Origin: an uncultured bacterium
GTDB lineage: Bacteria; Zixibacteria; MSB-5A5; GN15; FEB-12
Reading direction: 5' to 3'
Assembly: GCA_965372795.1 (NCBI GenBank)
Contig: CBDVDR010000001.1
Location: 160,001-224,000 of the forward strand
DNA length: 64,000 nucleotides
Within the stretch, counting starts at the first letter, position 1; each line of letters starts with the position of its first letter. The position numbers and the translations under genes are program-made. The notes beneath the pieces are model-generated. The model did not search any database. It was not told the origin of the DNA and saw nothing but the letters and a program-made list of their open reading frames with translations. Positions 40,101-47,444 of this stretch are shown here, piece by piece.

Positions 40101-42008
40101 GTCAGAACCTATGTTATCAGTATCAGGATCTTCCTGATTAGGGTTAGGATCAGCCGGACAATTATCACAATCATCTCCGACACCATCAGCATCGACATCT
40201 TCCTGTCCCGGATTAAATATTCCAGGGCAGTTATCACAGGCATCACCGATACCATCGCCGTCACTATCTAATTGAAGAGGATCAGGATCAGTTGGGCAAA
40301 TATCGCAGTCGTCGCCCACTCCATCACCATCAGTATCGGTTTGAGCAGGATTGTCAACGGTCGGACAATTATCACACTCATCACCATATATATCATTATC
40401 ACTGTTAGTTTGAATTGGGTTTGGATCTGCTGGACAGTTGTCACAATCATCTCCAACGGTATCGTTATCAGTATCCGCCTGAGTTGGATTCGGATCAGCC
40501 GGACAATTGTCACAGGCATCACCGGCTCCGTCAACATCAGCATCTTCCTGATTCGGATCAAAATCATCAGGACAGATATCACAGGCAGAACCTAAATTAT
40601 CATTATCAGGATCAGCTTGATTTTGATTAGGATCGGCAGGACAGTTATCACAGTCATCGCCAACGCCATCATTATCAGCATCTTCCTGACCCGGGTTATA
40701 TGTTCCCGGACAGTTATCACAGGCATTACCGACACCATCATTGTCAAAATCAAATTGACCAGGGTCGGAGACAGTTGGACAGATGTCACAATCATCACCA
40801 ATACCGTCATTATCAAAGTCGGATTGAGTAGGATTATCTATGGTAGGACAATTATCACACTCATCACCATATATATCAGCGTCACTGTTAGCTTGATTTA
40901 AATTTGGATCAGTTGGGCAATTATCACAATCATCTCCAACCGTATCGTTATCAGTATCAGCCTGATTTGGATTTGGATCTGTCGGACAGTTATCACAGGC
41001 ATCACCTGCTCCGTCAGCATCTCCATCTAATTGATTAGGATCGTAATCATCAGGACAGATATCGCAATCCGAACCTAAATTATCATTATCAGGGTCTTCC
41101 TGATTTGGATTCGGATCCGTTGGACAATTGTCGCAATCATCACCAACAGTATCGTTATCTGTATCAGTTTGTGATGGATTAGGATCAGCCGGACAATTAT
41201 CACAGTCGTCTCCGGCTCCATCATTATCAGCATCTTCCTGATTTGGATTTGGATTTGTTGGACAATTATCACAATCATTACCAACATTATCACCATCCGA
41301 ATCAGCCTGGCTGATATTAATTACATCCGGGCAATTGTCACAGGCATCGCCAATCCCGTCGCCATCAAAATCAGCTTGATCGGGATTATAGGTACTTGGA
41401 CAATTATCACAACTGTTTGCAAAACCGTCACCATCAGAATCAGTGCCGGTCGGACATCCATTAATAACATAGGTATGAGGACCATCCCAGTCAGGACCAA
41501 TTTTTCCTGATGGTAATGACCATTCCCATGCATTTGAAGGTGGATACCAGGTAGAATCAAGGACGATTGTTTTACCACTATGTGATATATCAATCGGACC
41601 TATTGTTATGGTATAAGCAACTTCATCAAAACCACTTGGAATACCGGTTTTGAATATTTTAAATCCCCCAAACCCGACAGTATCACAGCCCATGCCATTA
41701 GCACTATACTGATTTGTGAACACTCCCTGATCATACATATCAGTATTAATTGCCCCGGTTGAGGATGGAGTTGTTGCTCCCCAGGTTGCTCCTTCGGGAG
41801 AACAAATTTGGAACCCATTGGTATTCCCTGTAATCGGTTCACCTTGTAAATTTGTAACTCTAATGTGAAATACAATCGGAATTCCTGTTCCGATTTGATT
41901 AGTACCTACTAGTCCATCAACATGGTCTAGCGAATTGCCACCCACCCCAAAAGCTGCTGTAAAGGTACACAGCACCAAGATGGTGAGGGCGAGAAATTTC
42001 TTAACCAT
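37113..42008 (-). CDS. Giant secreted thrombospondin type-3 repeat protein with C-terminal dockerin
   Basis: Signal peptide, ~180-aa N-domain, 43+1 D(N/I)CP..Q.D.D.D..G..C repeats, globular C-domain, CC..RGN...DITDITYLV..LFQGG / NISDLTFLVDYLFLGG dockerin. Confidence 0.9.
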   Translation of the reverse strand: MVKKFLALTILVLCTFTAAFGVGGNSLDHVDGLVGTNQIGTGIPIVFHIRVTNLQGEPITGNTNGFQICSPEGATWGATTPSSTGAINTDMYDQGVFTNQYSANGMGCDTVGFGGFKIFKTGIPSGFDEVAYTITIGPIDISHSGKTIVLDSTWYPPSNAWEWSLPSGKIGPDWDGPHTYVINGCPTGTDSDGDGFANSCDNCPSTYNPDQADFDGDGIGDACDNCPDVINISQADSDGDNVGNDCDNCPTNPNPNQEDADNDGAGDDCDNCPADPNPSQTDTDNDTVGDDCDNCPTDPNPNQEDPDNDNLGSDCDICPDDYDPNQLDGDADGAGDACDNCPTDPNPNQADTDNDTVGDDCDNCPTDPNLNQANSDADIYGDECDNCPTIDNPTQSDFDNDGIGDDCDICPTVSDPGQFDFDNDGVGNACDNCPGTYNPGQEDADNDGVGDDCDNCPADPNQNQADPDNDNLGSACDICPDDFDPNQEDADVDGAGDACDNCPADPNPTQADTDNDTVGDDCDNCPADPNPIQTNSDNDIYGDECDNCPTVDNPAQTDTDGDGVGDDCDICPTDPDPLQLDSDGDGIGDACDNCPGIFNPGQEDVDADGVGDDCDNCPADPNPNQEDPDTDNIGSDCDICPDDFDPNQEDADVDGAGDACDNCPAVPNPIQTDTDADTVGDDCDNCPDDPNVNQTNSDADIFGDECDNCPDVDNSTQVDTDADNVGDDCDNCPAVPNPNQEDPDNDNIGSDCDICPDNFDPNQEDTDVDGAGDACDNCPVVPNPTQVDTDNDTVGDDCDNCPDDPNTNQANSDADIYGDECDNCPTIDNPSQSDMDSDGIGDDCDICPENSDPLQLDSDGDGVGDACDNCPTIPNPDQADIDNDGDGDACDNCPDDPNPSQADIDFDAVGDDCDNCPLEANPNQEDVDVDGTGDACDNCPADPNPDQTDVDTDNVGDDCDNCPTDPNPNQTNSDADIFGDDCDNCPDVDNPSQVDTDTDNVGDDCDNCPAVPNPNQEDPDNDNLGSDCDICPDDYNPNQEDVDVDGAGDACDNCPDDPNASQINSDSDIYGDECDNCPEDTNPNQTDTDIDTVGDECDNCPVVPNPDQFDTDFDTFGDECDNCPTIGNPQQTDGDSDNVGDDCDNCLTTPNNDQANNDNDNLGNACDNCPDVYNVSQTDTDNDGIGDACDECTDTDGDGAGDPGFAANTCPEDNCPDIPNPDQLDTDNNGIGDACDFGLIFRDTIETECTNLIVSNNGNWGNKYNGGDGLANLGYIEEGCFQGTIPYLYDASPIIGYIDGVDTIVNYAMFEETSLKVPEIGNPFVPTVTTSEFDHFQSGTFITSDSTIGMEADWWAPKQPDSCNFVIQRLKVYSFDGFSHSGIKIGNVADFDVPSYYGTDNISEYSSFSESIYMTGIVADPEDCFNADRRFAGMFMLGSYLNTPLDHAAPNPYFQFTESNETYLWPNRKFVPGEIYSLMEKEPFMPNYSVWPGSIGDQFAGLVYLSDYTVNPDDTMYIYTAVMTVLDGTSTTYNLGTRAARKWYKNHIFELICCIDYRGNTNYDPDDDINITDITYLVWRLFQGGPEPECQNEANANGDSSVPPVNISDLTFLVDYLFLGGAQPPDCPQVK
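38304..41408 (-). repeat. Coding tandem array of 69-bp TSP3 repeats
   Basis: 43 contiguous 23-aa units (38442-41408 = 43 x 69 bp), plus one more after a spacer. Confidence 0.95.
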
Positions 42009-42309
42009 AGAAAATCCTCCCTTTGGTGTTTTTGAGAGACGTATAGTTTAAAAATTTAAGTAAATAAAAAATAATTTAATGGTTCAAATTTATGTAAATA
42101 AAGATCGACAATATTATTTTAACATAATGGGTTCGATACGTCAAGCAATAATTTATGTAGATCAATTTTAAGGGTTGACAAAAAGCTAAATATTCTTATT
42201 TTATAGTTAGTCAGAGTTACATTCATTTTACTATACCTTTGTGGAGATACTAATATAACACCTTAGTTAAGTGGTTTTAAATTTTTTTAATTTAAGAAGG
42301 GAACGAGTT

Positions 42310-43230
42310 ATGTCCTTTAACCACCGTATGAATCGCATTCTTTTTCAATCATTTTTTATTCTTTTAACATTAATTATTTGCTCACCTACCAACGCACAGT
42401 TTGTAGATATTGAATTAACAGTTGGGGATATTACAACATATCCGGGTGAAACAGATGTATTAATTCCAATTTATTTGAAGAACTATAGACATGATATCGC
42501 TGGATTTCAGTTTTGGCTTCAGAATAGTAATCCTTCAATTTTGGAATATAATTTGAGTTTCGAATCTGTCGGAACATTAACAGAGCCATGGAATACAAAT
42601 ACCCATTCGTTGGGTGGGTATAATCAAGATATTCTTATAACTTCTATTAGTCCCATACCTTTTACCGATCTAATAGAACCACAGCTTGGTGTGTTACCTT
42701 TAATTTATATAAAGGTCGATATATTTGATCTTCCCGATACCATGTCAGAGCGAGTAGTTGACTTAATCATCAACACTGATTTCATCGATCATTTTAGTTT
42801 TTCAGATCAATATGGAAATTTAATTGGAGTCGATCAAATTGAAGTTGAAGACACATCCTTTTATGTATGTGATGTTTGGTCTGGTAGTGAGTGCCTTTCA
42901 TGGTCACAAATCCAAGGTCCCCTTTCAGCCGCTGATTCTATTTCAATTGAAACTAAATTGGTTGCAACTTTGAATCTCGATAAAGTAATTGTTACTAATG
43001 GTTCGGTTACGGTGCTGGCAAATTATATTTGCGGTGACATAAATGGTTCTCTAAAGATTAATATTTCTGATTTAACATATTTTGTTAATTATCTTTTTGC
43101 TGGAGGTGATGCCCCTCCAATATTAGCAGCCGCTGATTGTGATGGCGATGGAGAAATGACAATTTCGGATTTAACCTGTTTTGTCTGCTACATGTTTGAT
43201 GGCTGCCCTGACCCGTTATGCGGTAAATAA
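42310..43230 (+). CDS. Secreted cohesin-like domain plus dockerin protein
   Basis: LTVGDITTYPGETDVLIPIYLKN..IAGFQFWL (cohesin-like start) and ..NGSVTV; CGDINGS..NISDLTYFVNYLF.GG..ADCDGDG..TISDLT. Start uncertain (42271/42310/42328). Confidence 0.7.
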   Translation: MSFNHRMNRILFQSFFILLTLIICSPTNAQFVDIELTVGDITTYPGETDVLIPIYLKNYRHDIAGFQFWLQNSNPSILEYNLSFESVGTLTEPWNTNTHSLGGYNQDILITSISPIPFTDLIEPQLGVLPLIYIKVDIFDLPDTMSERVVDLIINTDFIDHFSFSDQYGNLIGVDQIEVEDTSFYVCDVWSGSECLSWSQIQGPLSAADSISIETKLVATLNLDKVIVTNGSVTVLANYICGDINGSLKINISDLTYFVNYLFAGGDAPPILAAADCDGDGEMTISDLTCFVCYMFDGCPDPLCGK

Positions 43231-43246
43231 CTTTTTATTAAAAATA

Positions 43247-43290
43247 TATTTTCAATCATCTCAAAACTACAATTGAGATGATTGAAAATA
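43247..43290. terminator. Perfect 18-bp inverted repeat after the cohesin-dockerin gene
   Basis: tattttcaatcatctcaa-N8-ttgagatgattgaaaata. Confidence 0.55.
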
Positions 43291-43387
43291 ATAGTAAGTT
43301 AACCCACTACTCAAATTACATTTAAATCATATTCTAAAAACTTCACCTAATTATACCCATAGTTGTTTGTATCTCATTCGGCTGATA

Positions 43388-43415
43388 TAAACTGAGATTT
43401 GCGAAAAGCCGATAG
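43388..43415 (+). promoter_or_regulatory. sigma28-like promoter upstream of ptrB
   Basis: TAAA-N16-GCCGATAG. Confidence 0.4.
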
Positions 43416-43509
43416 AAACCATCAAATAAATCAGACGAAGTCTGCTTGACTCCAAATAAATTCTTTATCATCTTATCTTAAAGATAAATTCAATAGTCCG
43501 GGAGCTCAA

Positions 43510-45672
43510 ATGAATCATAAAAAAGTTGTATTAATCGTTTTCTTTACAGTTCTACTCTGCGTAGTTTCAATATCCTTTTTATCATCCTGTTCACAAAAAA
43601 CTGATAATTCTCCCCCCATAGCCAAAATTGTTCCCTGGGCAGATACCATTTTTAATGATATTCGCAATGATAATTATTATTGGTTGAAAGAGAAACAGAA
43701 CCCCGAAGTAATTTCTTACCTTGAAGCTGAGAATAATTATACTAACAATTTGATGGCTCATACCGAACCGCTTCAGGAAAAACTATACAATGAAATGGTT
43801 GCCCGAATCAAGGAGACCGACCTCTCGGTTCCAATTCTACTTGGTGACTATTACTACTATTATCGTACCGAAGAAGGCAAACAGTATCGAATTTATTGTC
43901 GCAAAAAAGGAAGCCTTGAAGCCGATGAAGAAATTCTATTAAACCTTAATGAATTAGCCGTTGGTAAAAACTATCTCGATCTTGGTGCTTATAAAATCAG
44001 TCCTGATCAAAAGATGTTAGGTTACTCAATTGATGAAGACGGTTCGGAAGAATATACCATATATTTTAAAAACCTCGAAACCGGCGAATTGTTAACTGAT
44101 CAAATTACTTCAACCTACTATGCCCTTGAATGGGCTAATGACAACAAAACAATTTTTTATACAACGATGGATCATGCCAAGAGACCGGACAAACTACATC
44201 GCCACATACTGGGCACATCTCAGAGTGATGATCAACTTATATATCAGGAACAGGATGAAAAATTCTGGCTTTATATTTCAAAAACCAAGAGTAAACAATA
44301 TCTATTCTTAACTCTTGAAAGTAATGTCACATCTGAAGTTCGTTATCTCAAGTCTAACAATCCAACGGGAAAATTCAGAACTATTCATCCCCGCCAACAG
44401 GATATGGAATATTCTGTTTATCACCATGCTAAAAAATTCTATATTCGCACTAATGATGAAGCGATTAATTTTAAACTTATGGAAGTTGCCGTAAGGAATC
44501 CTGCCAAAAAATACTGGAAGGAAACTATTGCTCACACTGAACCAATAATGCTTTCCGGCATTGATATGTTTAAAGATCACATGGTGGTTTACGAACGTAA
44601 TAACGGTTTAACTAAAATCAGAATTCGAAATTTTATTAACAATGATGAATATTATATCGAGTTCCCTGAACCGGTGTTTACAGTTTATGGCACTTCTAAC
44701 CATGAATTTAATACGAATAAATTACGCTTTTCCTATATGTCAATGGTGACTCCGAAATCGGTTTATGATTACGACATGTCTGACAAAAGCCGGAATCTAT
44801 TAAAACAGACTGAAGTCCTTGGCGGATACAACCCTGAATACTATCAATCGGAACGAATTTTTGCAAAAGCATCAGATGGTACTTTGATACCGATTTCATT
44901 AGTTTATAAAAAAAGAACCGGAGTCGATAAAGATAGGATTAATAAAGACGGTGACAATTGTCTCTGGCTATATGGTTATGGTTCCTATGGATCGAGTATG
45001 GATCCTTATTTTTCCTCGAATAGAATCTCTTTACTTGATCGAAATATGATTTACGCAATTGCTCATGTCCGAGGCGGCGGTGAAATGGGGCGGCGCTGGT
45101 ATGAACAGGGAAAATATTTAAATAAGAAAAACACTTTTACAGATTTCATCGCTTGTGCTGAACATTTAGTAAAAGAAAAATATACCAAACCTGAAAAAAT
45201 GGTTGCAAGTGGCGGTTCTGCCGGCGGGCTGCTTATGGGAGCGGTATTGAATATGCGCTCTGATCTTTTTAAAGCGGCAATTGCGGCAGTTCCATTTGTG
45301 GATGTTGTTACTACGATGCTCGATTCAACAATCCCGCTAACTGTTACGGAATTTGAAGAATGGGGTAATCCATACAATGAGGACTTTTACTGGTATATGA
45401 AATCATATTCCCCTTATGACAATGTAAAGCTGCAGCCTTATACAAATATTTTGATAACCGCCGGTCTGAATGATCCCCGGGTACAATACTGGGAACCCGC
45501 CAAATGGACAGCGAAACTTCGGGCTGCTAAAACCGATGATAACCGCCTCCTTTTAAAAACTAATATGGGTGCAGGACATATGGGCTATTCGGGAAGATAC
45601 GATTATTTAAAAGATGTCGCTTTCAGAGATGCTTTTATGCTTGATATGCTTGGCATGCTTGAGACCAAATAA
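43510..45672 (+). CDS. ptrB: Oligopeptidase B (S9A), probably a lipoprotein
   Basis: DNYYWL, YGYGSYG, HVRGGGEMG, GGSAGG nucleophile, DPRV.YWEPAKW, AGH; lipobox LSSC. Confidence 0.92.
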   Translation: MNHKKVVLIVFFTVLLCVVSISFLSSCSQKTDNSPPIAKIVPWADTIFNDIRNDNYYWLKEKQNPEVISYLEAENNYTNNLMAHTEPLQEKLYNEMVARIKETDLSVPILLGDYYYYYRTEEGKQYRIYCRKKGSLEADEEILLNLNELAVGKNYLDLGAYKISPDQKMLGYSIDEDGSEEYTIYFKNLETGELLTDQITSTYYALEWANDNKTIFYTTMDHAKRPDKLHRHILGTSQSDDQLIYQEQDEKFWLYISKTKSKQYLFLTLESNVTSEVRYLKSNNPTGKFRTIHPRQQDMEYSVYHHAKKFYIRTNDEAINFKLMEVAVRNPAKKYWKETIAHTEPIMLSGIDMFKDHMVVYERNNGLTKIRIRNFINNDEYYIEFPEPVFTVYGTSNHEFNTNKLRFSYMSMVTPKSVYDYDMSDKSRNLLKQTEVLGGYNPEYYQSERIFAKASDGTLIPISLVYKKRTGVDKDRINKDGDNCLWLYGYGSYGSSMDPYFSSNRISLLDRNMIYAIAHVRGGGEMGRRWYEQGKYLNKKNTFTDFIACAEHLVKEKYTKPEKMVASGGSAGGLLMGAVLNMRSDLFKAAIAAVPFVDVVTTMLDSTIPLTVTEFEEWGNPYNEDFYWYMKSYSPYDNVKLQPYTNILITAGLNDPRVQYWEPAKWTAKLRAAKTDDNRLLLKTNMGAGHMGYSGRYDYLKDVAFRDAFMLDMLGMLETK

Positions 45673-45889
45673 TAATATTATATCCATAATCATATTTAAA
45701 AAAACCTGCTGATTTTGCAGGTTTTTTTATTGTACAACAACGACTTACGACAACATTGATAATCAACTGAATGTTTCATAAAAACTTATTTATCCAAAAA
45801 GTGACTATATCACTCAAGAAATCGCTTGCAATTCACGAAATATAATGTAAATTGTGAAACTGATTTCAGAAAAGGAGTTAATTAGACCG

Positions 45890-46111
45890 ATGGCTAAAAT
45901 TTGTGATATTTGTGGAAAAAAACCACTATTTGGAAATAATGTTTCCCACGCCAAAAACATTACTAAACGGCGCTGGAATCCAAACCTACAATCAGTTAAA
46001 GCTCTTGTAGGAGGCAATCCAAAACGGTTAAAAGTATGTACTTCCTGTCTTAAAGCAGGTAAAGTTATAAAAAATGTCCGGAAGAAAAGCGTTAATCAGG
46101 CAACCGCTTGA
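45890..46111 (+). CDS. rpmB: 50S ribosomal protein L28
   Basis: [49 protein letters not shown]. Confidence 0.95.
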   Translation: MAKICDICGKKPLFGNNVSHAKNITKRRWNPNLQSVKALVGGNPKRLKVCTSCLKAGKVIKNVRKKSVNQATA

Positions 46112-46130
46112 TTGTAGAAAATTATCTTTT

Positions 46131-46192
46131 AAACCGCTCTTTTGAGCGGTTTTTTTTATAAAAAAAACCGCCGGGGGGAGCAACCCGACGGT
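46131..46192. terminator. Back-to-back terminators of rpmB and flagellin
   Basis: aaaccgctc-tttt-gagcggttttttt (+) and aaaaaaaccgccggg..cccgacggt (-). Confidence 0.8.
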
Positions 46193-46238
46193 CCAACAAA
46201 ATTGCTATCCTATAGCAAAAAGGGGGAGGTGGTTTTGA

Positions 46239-47006
46239 TTAACTTTTCAAGAGCGATAAAACAGAATTTCCCAGAATATTTGAATGAGACATCAAAGCTA
46301 TTGTCATTTGCAATTTAATACTCTGCCTCACTAAATCTGAATATTTTTCAGCGATATCCGTATCCCTGATATGAGATTCAGCAGCAATTAGATTTTGCTG
46401 AGTGATTTCAAGTGATGATCTTGAGGTTAGAAGTTCATATTTTTGAATACTCCCAATATTGACTTGAACCGAATCAATCTCTCTTATTTTCTGATCAATG
46501 ACTTCAAGAGCTTCCGCAGCTCCTGTTTCTGAAGTTAGGTCTATTCCTTCCAATGATGAGACCTCAGCAATCGAACTTTCACTCCCATCAAGAAGTTTCA
46601 AATTGTTAAATTCGGCATTATCAATCTGATTATTATAAGTGGAAACCAAACTACTTGCTTCAGCATCAATGGCGGCTAAAGAATTTTCATCATGAACACC
46701 GCTGTTTGAAGCTGAAACCGCAAGAGTTCTCATGGCGGTGAGATGAGTACGAAGTTCACTTACGGCCGATGAAGCTGTCTCATATTTAGCAATTCGTAAT
46801 GAAGTATTATCAAGCTGCTGGTTCAGAGATGCAATTTGGGTTCTCAATCGTTCTGAAATTACCAGTGCCGCCGGTCCGTCAGAAGCATTATTTATATTCC
46901 AACCCGAAGATAGTTTTTCCATAGTTGAATAAATATCCCGGCTTATCAAACCGGAAATTCTGAACAGATTTGAACTATCCAAGTTGTAATTAATTGTAAG
47001 ACCCAT
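46239..47006 (-). CDS. Flagellin-like protein (short, D0/D1 only)
   Basis: ATG 47006 after AGGAGG; MEKLSSGWNINNASDGPAALVISERLRTQI (flagellin_N), NLIAAESHIRDTDIA..VLSLL (flagellin_C); 255 aa. Confidence 0.85.
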   Translation of the reverse strand: MGLTINYNLDSSNLFRISGLISRDIYSTMEKLSSGWNINNASDGPAALVISERLRTQIASLNQQLDNTSLRIAKYETASSAVSELRTHLTAMRTLAVSASNSGVHDENSLAAIDAEASSLVSTYNNQIDNAEFNNLKLLDGSESSIAEVSSLEGIDLTSETGAAEALEVIDQKIREIDSVQVNIGSIQKYELLTSRSSLEITQQNLIAAESHIRDTDIAEKYSDLVRQSIKLQMTIALMSHSNILGNSVLSLLKS

Positions 47007-47222
47007 TAAACCTCCTTGCCGGACATCATGGGTAATGTCCATTCTCTTAAATATAAAGCAGAGAATATGCCGACGGTTACAATTCAAAATAATGGTTCAT
47101 ATCCGTTGACAGCCGACCGGTTACAAGACTAAATGAATTACTTGAGATCAAATTCTTTACTAAAAATATAGTCTCTCCCCCATACTGTATGGGATGAAAG
47201 AGCAGTTTAATGTTCAGTTTGA

Positions 47223-47304
47223 GTAGGTCGAAACCCCCGCGCTCCTGACGAATTGGCAGAACCGCTAAAGGCTAATAGTCCGCTAAAGGCGGGGTTCTGC
47301 CCTA
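47223..47304. repeat. REP-like palindromic element
   Basis: GTAG-GTCGAAACCCCCGC...GCGGGGTTCTGCCCTA with internal duplicated CCGCTAAAGGC; GC-rich in an AT-rich spacer. Confidence 0.5.
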
Positions 47305-47444
47305 AGAATACTTTGTGCAGCATCAACCGGGTAGTAGCTAGTTCATAGCGGGAACTTATCATACTAACCAGATCAATTTAATATAATCTACAACAGTGTC
47401 ATTATTGTCACTAAATATATTTAAATGTAATCGATGAAAAACAT

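Noticed and set aside
38291..41296. Many alternative-frame and antisense ORFs (e.g. 39513-40271, 252 aa)
   Set aside because: They are shadows of the Asp/Asn/Cys/Pro codon bias of the TSP3 gene; Ile/Thr/Met-rich nonsense with no SD.
38304..41408. Regular 69-bp repeats as a CRISPR array or DGR
   Set aside because: They are in-frame coding repeats with synonymous variation; there are no constant repeat/unique spacer pairs, no cas genes and no reverse transcriptase.
31650..45672. Genomic island integrated at tRNA-Leu
   Set aside because: No integrase and no duplicated tRNA 3' end were seen; the genes look like native lineage content.
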